Shown: in pieces, positions 24,363 through 34,604 of the stretch
How positions within the stretch are numbered: the stretch's first letter is position 1
Layout: each line of letters begins with the position of its first letter
Assembly: GCA_012862495.1 (NCBI GenBank)
Contig: BLSG01000375.1
Span: forward strand, 62,001-126,000
Length of the DNA: 64,000 bases
Origin: Thraustochytrium aureum
Taxonomy: Eukaryota
Direction: 5' to 3'
The notes under the pieces: model-generated
Told to the model about the DNA's origin: nothing
What the model saw: only the letters and a program-made list of their open reading frames with translations
The model's database searches: none
Program-made: the position numbers and the translations under genes

Positions 24363-25042
24363 CACGATCACAACAGCCTTNNNNNNNNNNNNNNNNNNNN
24401 NNNNNNNNNNNNNNNNNNNNATTCGCTACACGATCGCAAGCGCCGCAACCACCACGAGAACCTCCTCCTCCACGACGCTATCCGCGACCGCCGCCACGAT
24501 ATCCACGACGGCCTCCTCCTCGTCCTCCTCTGGCGCTCCCTCCCTCCCTCCCTCCTTCCTTCCCTCCCGCCCGCCCTTCAGGCGCGTTCAGGCTCTGCTG
24601 CTGTTCCGCGAAAGTGTCCGTTAGCGCCGCACCCTTGACCAATCCCAACTTCCAAGGCTCAGGCCCACTCGCACCAGACACCGCGTACCTCCGCATACCT
24701 TCTGTTTCCATATCCCTTTGTCAGCTATCCCAGCGCCTTGCGCCGGCGCGTTCTGCCACAAGACCCGGCGCTTTGCATGGGTTTTCCCTATTGAACTGCG
24801 CCCGGCCGCGTACGCGGGAGGCGGGAGATTATAGCGGGTCAGGGCTAGGGTTAGGGTATAGAGGGTCGGTGTGGGTGGTTTGTGTGAGAGGGGTGTATGT
24901 GGGGGGTAGTGTGGGAGTCGGGTGTTTGGAGGCGAGGAACAGCGGCAGAGCAGGAGCAGGAGCAGGACGCGTTTGATAGGGGTGGAGCGCGCGCGAGAGT
25001 CAGGCAGGTTTCGGGCAGGCAGGTGTCGCGCAGGCAGGCAGG

Positions 25043-25476
25043 ATGGTGGGCATTTCGGACAGCCTCACGTGGGCGATTGTGAAGAAGCACAACAGCTTCC
25101 TGGTGACGCGCGGGAAGACGACGTTCACCAACGAGCCTTTCAATGTGGTGAACGTGCCCCGGCGCGGCATGTCGGGCCTTGCCAACGGCAAGGCGATCGG
25201 CTCGGTGGCTACGCCGAACGGCAACGTCGTGCTCCAGTTCAAGACCAAGTCCTGGGGGAACAAGCCCGCCAAGGCTGCGGAGAAGGTTGAGCTCCGCACC
25301 TTTGGCCGCGGCCCGGTTGCTGCCAAGAAGACTGTCGTTCAGCTCACCCGGGGCCGCGCCAATACCGCAGCGACCTGACCCGCCTCGCTGCTGCGCGCGT
25401 CACCCGCCAGGCTCGCGCTGGGTACCGCAAGGCTGCCGGCGTCAAGTACACGCCCAAGTCCCGGTCGAACAAGTAA
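25043..25476 (+). CDS. RPL28: 60S ribosomal protein eL28 (frameshift near 25361)
   Basis: LTWAIVKKHNSFLV..FTNEPFNVVN..SGLAN.K. After a 1-nt shift it continues YRSDLTRLAAARVT..KSRSNK-stop. Confidence 0.92.
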
Positions 25477-25786
25477 AAACCGCGTATTGCCTTGATTTTC
25501 GCCTTCTCTGGTCCGCTTTGGCCTTGCGCTGTCCGTTTTCGGCTCGGCAGGTTGCGGCGCGCTGGAGCAGCAGTCGGCCTGCCTCCTTGCAGCGCCGATA
25601 TTGCCGGCTTCAACGAGGCTTGCCGTCGAATCAACGGCGTTCAACGATAAACGGGTTTGGCCCAAAGTCCTTTGCGCTGGCCTTGCCAGTAGACCGCCAG
25701 CCAGCGCTCGCCGACATGTGCGTGCGGAGAAGGCCCCGAGCCCGTCCCTTCTCGAGACCGACAGGACATTCACAAGAGACATTTTT

Positions 25787-27541
25787 CTAAAACGGGAGCG
25801 CCTCGACGACGGGCATCTCCACGCTCGCCGTGAGCAGCACCGACGAGCATCGCAAAACGACAACCTGCACCGGAGGCGACTCGGCCCCGGGCGTTAGGTT
25901 CTGCACCGACAATTCAAAGGCCTGCGAGACCCGCGGCAAGAGCGCCGGCAAGCGCAGCAGCGGCGTCTCAACGTGGAACGCTTGCTTGTCAAACATGAGC
26001 GCCGCCGAGGCGCCAAGCACCGCAAGCGCGCCAACGTTTTCCAAGCGCAGCGTGAGCCGAAAAGTAGGGCCCAAACCGTCAACCGTGGCCGACATACTGA
26101 GGCGCTCCTGCGAGTCCTCGGCGCTAATGAACGACTTGGCGCTCGTGTACACCTGCGAGTTGGCGAGGCCGCTGTTCTTGAAAAGCTGGAGGTACGACCG
26201 CGCAGTCACGTATCGCAATTTGCAGAGCGAGTGCTGGAAGGCGCGGTGCATCTCTACGGCGTGCTCGCGCTCGCGCTGCGTCTGGTCAACGTACAGCTTG
26301 GTCTTCTTTGGAACCGGGAGGGGGACGTCCTGCTCCGCGGGCGGGCCGGGCGCCGGCGCAGTCGAGGCGTCAAGCTTCGCCGTGCGGCGCAGCATCTTGA
26401 CGCCGAGCGCCCCGGAGGTGAAGAGCATCACGAGCGCATTCGGCTCGCGGTTGAAACGGCCAAACTGCATCCCCGTGACGACCTGCCCGCCGACCTGGAT
26501 CGTGCTCATTAGCGTCTTTTCAACGTACAGGCGGACCTCGCCGTTCCGCAGCGCAACAAGAAACCCGCTCGAGCCGAGGCGCTCGCACTCGAACGGCGAG
26601 AGGTTGGTCACGGGGGCAGGCATGTATATCGTCCAGTTCCTTCGGCCTTTGATGTGAAACGAGTGAACGGTTCGGTCGGTGCAAGCCACGATCACTTCGC
26701 GCCCGGTCCGCACGACGCCCCCGCAGACGGGGGCCTCCAGCTCGATGCTGTTGCGCACCAGGTCGCCGTTCTTGATGCTGTAGATGCGCTTGTCGCGGCA
26801 CGCAACCACGATGCGGTACTCGACGTTCAGGCTCCCCGTGCAAGCGATAAACACCGGAACACTGCGCAGCGAAATAGATTTGACCACGGCGCGCTTGGTC
26901 GGGTCCAGGATCAGCACCTTGCGCGACTCGGTGCCCAGCACGAGCGCGCCAGGGGCCAGCTCGTCGCTCTCGTCGCGCGTCTTGACCACCTCCATGCAGG
27001 TGATGCAGGTTTGGATGGGGGCCTTGTAGTTCCCGCCCGCGAGCTCCTCGGCCACGTACTGGTCCAGGCGCTGCGGGTCGTTTTCCAGAGCGAGCAGGTC
27101 CAGCGACCGCTCGGAGAGGTTGCTCTGCTCCCGCAGCACGTCGCATGCGCGGGCCGTGTCAAGTGTCTTGGACCGCAGCTTTTCCCACACGTCTTGCTCG
27201 AACTGGCCCACCTTGGCGGGGTCCAGCGAGAACTTGAACGAGGGGAGCAGCCGGTGGTACACGAACACGTGCGGCCCGCAAGCGACCGCCACGCTCGCCT
27301 CGCTCGCGCCCCCTTTGGACTCGTCGTAAAACGCCTTGACCGCCGTCGGGACGCCCTGCAGCTTGACCTGCTGGGAGGCAGCCTTCCCGCTCGAGAAGAC
27401 CTTGAGCATCCCCGACAGGTCGCCCACGACCAGGCTGTCGTTGGCCAGGCACAGCCCGCTCGAGAACGCGTGATAGTCTGCGACGGGGTCAAACCAGGCG
27501 TCCAGCCAGAACTCATCGCGCCGCTTCTCGGTCTGCGTCAT
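25787..27541 (-). CDS. BBS1: Bardet-Biedl syndrome 1 BBSome subunit
   Basis: WLDAWFDPVA N-terminus, LVLGTE, EYRIVVACRD, FGRFNRE, PVPKKTKLYVDQTQRERE and MHRAFQ. Confidence 0.95.
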   Translation of the reverse strand: MTQTEKRRDEFWLDAWFDPVADYHAFSSGLCLANDSLVVGDLSGMLKVFSSGKAASQQVKLQGVPTAVKAFYDESKGGASEASVAVACGPHVFVYHRLLPSFKFSLDPAKVGQFEQDVWEKLRSKTLDTARACDVLREQSNLSERSLDLLALENDPQRLDQYVAEELAGGNYKAPIQTCITCMEVVKTRDESDELAPGALVLGTESRKVLILDPTKRAVVKSISLRSVPVFIACTGSLNVEYRIVVACRDKRIYSIKNGDLVRNSIELEAPVCGGVVRTGREVIVACTDRTVHSFHIKGRRNWTIYMPAPVTNLSPFECERLGSSGFLVALRNGEVRLYVEKTLMSTIQVGGQVVTGMQFGRFNREPNALVMLFTSGALGVKMLRRTAKLDASTAPAPGPPAEQDVPLPVPKKTKLYVDQTQREREHAVEMHRAFQHSLCKLRYVTARSYLQLFKNSGLANSQVYTSAKSFISAEDSQERLSMSATVDGLGPTFRLTLRLENVGALAVLGASAALMFDKQAFHVETPLLRLPALLPRVSQAFELSVQNLTPGAESPPVQVVVLRCSSVLLTASVEMPVVEALPF

Positions 27542-27804
27542 GGCGCCGTCGTCGCGCCCCCGCGAGCCGACCGAGGACGGCGCCGCTTGCTCGAGGGCAA
27601 CGAGCAGGTAGAGCACCCCGCGATGGCACGGGAGTGCCCACTCGGTGCGTTTGACGGATGAGCTCGAGTGGAGGGAGGCTGCGAGGGAAGCGCTTGCTCG
27701 AGCACCGCCAGCGGCAAACCGTCACCTGACGGAGGTCTGGCCGACTTGTCGCTGGCCTGGAAGCTACCAGCTTCACTGGACCCCTCTCAGGAGTACAGAA
27801 TTTC

Positions 27805-27985
27805 AAAGCTCTAGCTTTCAGATTCAAGCTATAGCTTTTCCCTCAGAAAGCTATTAGCTATCCCTTAGAAGCTAGTGGCTCTCCAAATAAAGCTATTAGC
27901 TTTACCTCAAAAGCTATTAGCTATCCTTTCAAAGCCATCAGCTCTATTTGGAAAGCTATTAGCTCTATTTGGGAAGCTACAGCTT
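27805..27985. repeat. Array of ~9 palindromic AAGCT-N2/3-AGCT units with variable ~8-nt spacers, ~21-bp period
   Basis: Examples are AAAGCTATTAGCT-ATCCCTTAG, -TTACCTCA, -ATCCTTTC and -CTATTTGG. The array is an AT-rich island in a divergent intergenic region. Confidence 0.85.
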
Positions 27986-28371
27986 CTTGGAGGCTGAGAG
28001 GGCGGGCGGTTTCGAACTTCGCAGCGTCGGTGAGAGGAAGAGGCTGTGGAGCAGACCCACAACGCGGCGGAGCGCGCGCGGAGCTCGCCGTCCTCGCCGC
28101 GCGCGCGTCCCTGCGCGCAGCCCAACACGCTTGCGAACCAGCGTGCGGGCGCGCCGAGGACCTGGCTGGCCGCGGCTCAAGGCTCCTCGCGCATCGCTGC
28201 GGTTCCGAGGTGGGACGGACGCGGCCTCGGAGTTCGACTCGACTTGACGCTCCTCCACTGCGCACTAGTAGGACGCAAGCTGCGCGCCCGATCGGGCCTG
28301 CGACGGTTGGGGCGCGAGGTCGCACGGGAGGAGAGCGCTGGCCTGCCCTTTGGCTGCGGCGCACGGTCCGA

Positions 28372-30579
28372 TGGAGGGGTTTGAGGAGGAGCTGCAAAGG
28401 CCCGAGGCTGAAAGCACCGAGCTCCGCCCGGCCAAACGGATGCGGCTGGACACGGACGATGATGAACGCGAAAACGTCCCCACGCAACTCTCAGTAGACC
28501 TGAACTGCCTCGGCGACGGCGTGGTCGCCGTCGCTGACAGCGACTCGCCTCTGCCCGAGCCGCCAGGGTCGCCTCTTCCCCCGTACGGCGAAAGGCCGTG
28601 GGAGGCCTTCCGCGCAGAGCGGTTCGGTCGCTCGAGCGAGAGTCGCGTGGGGACCGCGCCGGCGGGACGCGTCGCGAGCCCGCCAGCCCTTTCGAACCCG
28701 AAAATGCGTGCAATCTTTGGCCAGCAGCGCTTCGACAGCGACGCACAAGACGGCGACGACCAGCACCTTGGAGACGATGACGATGGCGAGGGACGAGGAC
28801 GAGGATGGCGCGCCAATCAGCCAAAGGCCCGGGGCCGCGGAAGATCTCGAGGCGGAGCGGCCACCTCGCGCCGACCCGGACGAGGACGGCGAGACCGTTG
28901 GGGGACGACCAGAGCGTAACAGAACGAAACTGCGCCAGCGCGACGCAGGAGCGCACTCTCAGCGGGCTGAGCGACGGCGGCTCTGCGACGGACGAGATCG
29001 ACTACAGCACCATCACCGGCTCTGGCGCGGAGCCCACAATGGCCGCGGTAACCCTTCTGCAGGAGCGCGTCGCGGCTCTGGAAAAGGCCAACGCCGCGCT
29101 CCAGGCGGAGAACGACGAGTTCCGCAAGAAGACAGCCACTCTTCCCCCGCGCTCTACCAGGTGGACGCCCCCAAGGAGGTGCGCAAGATGCGCCTCGGGC
29201 GCACTGCAAGCATCGCGACGCGCAACGAGCTGATCAAGCTCTCGCGCGCGCCGGGCTCCCCAATCCCTAACGACGAGCGCGAAATTGCGTTCATGACACG
29301 CATGGACGAGCTCGTTCGCCCAGGCCGGCTCGAGCAGGAGAACTCGTTTCTTTACTCGACCGCTTTCGCAGACCACTTTATCTCGCTGTGCGAGCGTGTT
29401 GGCCGCATCCTGGAGCGCGAGAAGCGCGTCCTGGAGCTCTCGTCTCCTATGTACGTCTTTGGCGATTTTCACGGCAACATGCACGACCTGCAGTTCTTTG
29501 CGGAGCACGTCTGGCCAATGGGCATGCGCCTCACGGCCGGCAAGTTCCTCTTCCTCGGGGACTACGTGGACCGCGGGGCGCACGGGCTGGAGCTGCTGGC
29601 CTACTTGCTCACGCAAAAGGTCCTGATGCCCGACAAGATCTTCCTGATCCGCGGCAACCACGAGACGCGCTCCGTCAACGGGTGGGAGGCCTTTTACGGC
29701 GACGGCTCCTTCATCCACCAGTGCAAGGCGCGCTTCGGGCAGGACAAGGGGTTTGACGTGTGGGAACAGTGCAACGAGCTCGTCTTCGACCGCCTCCCGC
29801 TGGCTGCTATCGTTGACGAGTCGATCTTTTGCGTCCACGGCGGCATCCCCTGCCCAACGCACAAAGCGGGCGACCAAGACACCCGCATTGACGACATCCG
29901 CGGCATCCCTTGCCCGATCGACATCCAACCGCCACCCCCCGAGGGGGACGACAATCCGCAGAATGCGCTTGCGTTCAGCTTGCTCTGGGCCGACCCCGCC
30001 GACCAGGACCAGGAGGGCTTCCTGGTAAACTCGGTCGACGGGTTTGGCGAGAGCGCGCGCGGCGGGGGCACCGTGGTGTTTGGCAGCAAGGCAGTGCACG
30101 AGTTCCTCGACAGGCACAACCTGGACTACATCTTGCGCGCGCACGAGGCGACCGCGAACGGTGTCGCGGTATGCAAGTCCGCCAAGGTGCTCACTGTGTT
30201 TTCTACGTCCAAGGACCACAACTGCGGCGGCGACGCCAAGTGCGGCTGCTTTCTCGTGGATCGCCGCAAGATCCAGGCAATCACGCGCAGCGGCGAGTAC
30301 AACGACGGCGTCCTAGCAAGCCACTCGCTGCGCCCCGCCGGCGGCCTCCGCTACTCGATAGGCAGGCACGCGGCCAGCCCCCTGTCGCAGGGTTTTCGGG
30401 CGCCTCGAGCGGAGGGGCAGGAGAACGAGCTGGCTTCGCACCGGCTCAGCCTGGACCGAGCAGATCTCTTCGCTGGCCACGACGCGCTTGACTGCTTCGC
30501 CGACGCGCCGCGCGCAGGCCACCGAGGCGACGCCGACGACACGCAGCTGCCGCTGCACGGCCACTACATCCGCCTCTGA
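28372..30579 (+). CDS. PPP-family Ser/Thr protein phosphatase with long acidic N-terminus (about 3 frameshifts, near 28790, 28900 and 29145)
   Basis: GDFHG, GDYVDRG, RGNHE, CVHGG, LLWADP, FG and RAHE motifs. SAPNY is replaced by STSKDH. Confidence 0.92.
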
Positions 30580-30805
30580 GCAAGCAAGCGGGCCGCGCCA
30601 CGCGAGCACGCGAGCTCGCGCCGCGCGAGCTCGCGCCGCGCGAGTCGGCGTCGCCGGCCCCGCCCCCCATTTGTTAGACCAACCAAACCAAACCAAACCC
30701 AGCTAGACCACGCCGCGGGGAGCAAGCAAGCGAGGCGCCCGCGCGCCCCGCGGCGCCCGAAGCGCGCGCCGGGTCGCGCCACCTCGGCGGCCCACGCGAG
30801 TCAGA

Positions 30806-32368
30806 ATGGCGCTCTCCACCGTTCGAGTACTCTGCTACATTCCCGGCGCATGGCCTGATCGTCGAGGCCCTGTCGCGAGCGTGCGGCGCCCAGCTGACTT
30901 GCTGAGGGACGGCGCCTTGCCGGTCTTGCCAGGGANNNNNNNNNNNNNNNNNNNNNNNNNNNNNNNNNNNNNNNNNNNNNNNNNNNNNNNNNNNNNNNNN
31001 NNNNNNNNNNNNNNNNNNNNNNNNNNNNNNNNNNNNNNNNNNNNNNNNNNNNNNNNNNNNNNNNNNNNNNNNNNNNNNNNNNNNNNNNNNNNNNNNNNNN
31101 NNNNNNNNNNNNNNNNNNNNNNNNNNNNNNNNNNNNNNNNNNNNNNNNNNNNNNNNNNNNNNNNNNNNNNNNNNNNNNNNNNNNNNNNNNNNNNNNNNNN
31201 NNNNNNNNNNNNNNNNNNNNNNNNNNNNNNNNNNNNNNNNNNNNNNNNNNNNNNNNNNNNNNNNNNNNNNNNNNNNNNNNNNNNNNNNNNNNNNNNNNNN
31301 NNNNNNNNNNNNNNNNNNNNNNNNNNNNNNNNNNNNNNNNNNNNNNNNGCCGCAGCGGACCTCGACGTTGTGATCCTCGAGGTGGGGCTCGGCGGTCGCT
31401 TAGACGCAACCAACGTGATCGAAAACCCTGCAGCATGTGCAGTCACGCTGCTCGACCTGGATCACACGGAGTTCTTGGGGGAGACGATCGAGCTCATCGC
31501 CGGGGAAAAGGCTGGGATTTTCAAGCCCGGTGTTCCAGTGTTTGTCTCCCAGGGCCAAGAGCCTGGGGCCCTGCGCGTTTTGGAAGAGAAAGCTGCCGCC
31601 TCGCGCTCGGCTTCACTCCAGGTGGTAGATCCTGCGGACGTTCTCAAGGGCGAGCTTGCCAGCGTCGAGCTCGGTCTTCCGGGGGCGCACCAAGTTGCGA
31701 ATGCGGCACTCGCCCTCGCCCTTTGTCGGTCGGTCTACGGCGAGGAGACGGTGACCCCCGAGGCTGTGCGCCGCGGCCTCGCGCAGTGCTTTTGGCCAGG
31801 TCGCAGCCAGCGACACGTCACGGGGACTGGCCTGACGCTGCTATTAGACGGCGCCCACACGCCAAAGAGCATGGAGGCTGCGGCCGCGTGGGCTTCGGGG
31901 GCGTTGGCTGCCCAAGGGCAAGCAGAGCGCAAGGTGCTTTTCTTCAACTGCATGCACTCCCGCAACCCGGTCCCGCTCTTGGAGGCCGTCGCGCAGTGCC
32001 CTGGCTTCGACAGCGTCGTCTTTGCGCCGGGCCTCTTTGACAAGCCCACCAAGGTAACCTTGCCTCGCGCGGCGGACCTCATCCCAGCCGAAACTCTTCC
32101 GGTGGGCTACCAAGAGGAGCACTGGCAGGACACGCTCGCCTTGCTCTGGCGGGCCTTGCGCAAGGACCAGCCGGTCACGCAGGTCGTGCAATCCTTCAAC
32201 AAACTCGAGGACGGCTTGAACGCCATCGCCGCCCTGGCGCCCGCTACCATCTTCGTCACCGGTTCCCTCCTTCTTGTTGGTGACGTCATGAAGATGCTCG
32301 ATGTCCCAACGTACGACGTTCGCGAGCCCGCAGCTCCTCCAATGTCGGCCAGCGCGTCGTCGGCATGA
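30806..32368 (+). CDS. FPGS: Folylpolyglutamate synthase / dihydrofolate synthase (gap in 5' half; start uncertain)
   Basis: ILEVGLGGRLDATN, LDHTEFLG, EKAGIFK, WPGR, LDGAHT and VTGSLLLVG. Confidence 0.93.
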   Translation: MALSTVRVLCYIPGAWPDRRGPVASVRRPADLLRDGALPVLPGXXXXXXXXXXXXXXXXXXXXXXXXXXXXXXXXXXXXXXXXXXXXXXXXXXXXXXXXXXXXXXXXXXXXXXXXXXXXXXXXXXXXXXXXXXXXXXXXXXXXXXXXXXXXXXXXXXXXXXXXXXXXXXXXXXXXXXXXXXAAADLDVVILEVGLGGRLDATNVIENPAACAVTLLDLDHTEFLGETIELIAGEKAGIFKPGVPVFVSQGQEPGALRVLEEKAAASRSASLQVVDPADVLKGELASVELGLPGAHQVANAALALALCRSVYGEETVTPEAVRRGLAQCFWPGRSQRHVTGTGLTLLLDGAHTPKSMEAAAAWASGALAAQGQAERKVLFFNCMHSRNPVPLLEAVAQCPGFDSVVFAPGLFDKPTKVTLPRAADLIPAETLPVGYQEEHWQDTLALLWRALRKDQPVTQVVQSFNKLEDGLNAIAALAPATIFVTGSLLLVGDVMKMLDVPTYDVREPAAPPMSASASSA

Positions 32369-34604
32369 GCAAGGGCAAGCCAGGCGAGGCCGTTGCGTAC
32401 GACGAGCTGACTCGCGTTTTTGTCAGGCCCGAGAAGGTGCGGGAGGTGCGACAAGCGGACATCCCCAGTCTCACGGGTCCGCAACGACGCGGTGCTGCCC
32501 CAGCTCGTTGCTCCTGAATCTTTTCTTTTTACAATTTTAAAAAGCAACGAAAGGACTCTGGAACCGCACCGGCAAGTGGCTCGCAATCGCATTGCAGGCC
32601 TCCTTGAACGCTCGACCTCACGCTCGAGATGACAAGAGCTCGTAGGCCTATGCCTAACTTTTGGAAGAACGCAGTTGAACAAGCGAACGTCCAGCGGCGC
32701 GGGTGTGCTGCCTCTCGCACTGCCCCACCGAGTTCTCCTCATGCAGGAACAGAGCGCAACCAGCACACCGGCGACCTTGGTGGAAACGAGAGCAAGTCGC
32801 GCTGCATTTTCGGTTGTCGGCGATCACGGGTGCTCCTGATGATGGATACCGCCCAACTCGGTACTGGCCATCTTTTTTAGGTGCACGCCAGTGCTGGAGT
32901 TCAAAGACATGGATGCCGAGAGCCCGCTTGTATCGACAGTTGCCTTTCGCGATTCAAGCCGCTGGTGGCCAGGGCTCGCTCGCCAGCTGCTCGTGAAAAA
33001 ACATGCTGCGAGGAAGTTGCTTGGGCCAGCTTCTTTTGATCCGCAGGTGATCATCAGCATGTTTGTCACGGACGTCTCGTGTCAACACCGCAAGGCTTCT
33101 GCATCCGTCAAGTTTTGCGTATTCTGGACAGGCCCAGATACTCCTTTGGCTTCCGGTCCTCACGGGACCGGCCTAGGTCTTCTCCAGCGCGCCGCCTCCG
33201 TGGCGCAGCGGGACGGCTCTGTTGGTGCTGCCTGGCCTGAGAGATGGCTCGGCAGCACCGTTCGTTCATGTTTTCGAGGTATCACAACAACCCAACCACA
33301 TGGAGTAATCACAACAACCACACGGAGTGGGCCAACATCAAAGCCTTGCCAAGCCGCCTTGGCTCTTTCTAGGTACCGAATGATTCCCGTGTGCTGCGGA
33401 CGACTTCGGTCACCGGTAGCTGGCGATGTTGCCCGGCCGAGCGCACGGTGCTTTCGTTTTTGTGCTCTCTTTTTTTTGCCAGAGCGACGTTTTCCTGGTA
33501 AAACACTCTTGCATTTGCCCGTTGCGTCCGCTCGATGNNNNNNNNNNNNNNNNNNNNNNNNNNNNNNNNNNNNNNNNNNNNNNNNNNNNNNNNNNNNNNN
33601 NNNNNNNNNNNNNNNNNNNNNNNNNNNNNNNNNNNNNNNNNNNNNNNNNNNNNNNNNNNNNNNNNNNNNNNNNNNNNNNNNNNNNNNNNNNNNNNNNNNN
33701 NNNNNNNNNNNNNNNNNNNNNNNNNNNNNNNNNNNNNNNNNNNNNNNNNNNNNNNNNNNNNNNNNNNNNNNNNNNNNNNNNCCAGGTCCGTGCCACGGCC
33801 TCGCCACGAATTGCCTCCGCCACCACATCCATGAGAAAAAGCAAACGCTCCGCTTCGAGAGTGCTTGGACTGTCCGAGAAAACGTGCATGAAACGTCAGG
33901 GCAGAGGTGGCCAACTCCCGAGCCAGGATGCTTACTTGCTTGCCTGCTTGCTCTCTCCTGCAATGCCTGTGCGGGGCATCCAGCGCGTTCGAGTGCTCTG
34001 TAACGTCGAGCGAAAACCCTCTACTCCGGCGCGGACTTTGGAACATGCTATGATGTGCAACATACAGGTGGGACACCGACGATGCGTGCAGTGGTGCCGC
34101 ACTCGTTGGCGGCAATCTCCTCGCGCCGAGGTTGAACAACGCCAAGCGGCGACGGAGCGTTGGGGCTGCCGCAGAGGGCCCTGGCGCTGGTGTTCGCTTG
34201 CGTAGAGCGTGGCCGCTCAGGTAGCTTGCTCGTGAAGAGCGCCACGCGAGACGCGCGAGACAAAGGGGCTGGCCGGGCCGAAATCGATGGGGGGCTGGTG
34301 CGCCGTCGTGGGCTGTCCGAGCCAAGGCGACGAGAGCGCCAAGCTTCGCGAGCGCTCTTGACAACCCGGAGCCGCTGTTGGCGGCATCCCTGCCCCTGTC
34401 TCGATTGATCGCAGCGGGCACGACGAAAGCCCTATGGCAGCCTGGACTCATCGTTTCATGCCCAGCTCACCACGTTCGCCAAGTCGCCGCCCAAGTCGGG
34501 GTCGCGTCCGAGCATGCTTCGTCGCGCCGGCTCTTTTCAACACGTGACGCCTCGCACATTCTGCACCGAGTCCTCGGTCAGCTTCCGTCCGCAAGAGGCG
34601 CGCA

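Noticed and set aside
27805..27985. CRISPR array interpretation of the AGCT array
   Set aside because: The ~13-bp repeats and ~8-nt spacers are far too short, there are no cas genes, and the context is eukaryotic
32365..34600. Short ORF overlapping the FPGS stop (ATGA) and other ORFs downstream
   Set aside because: No motifs and UTR/intergenic-like composition, so an operon-like overlap is unsupported
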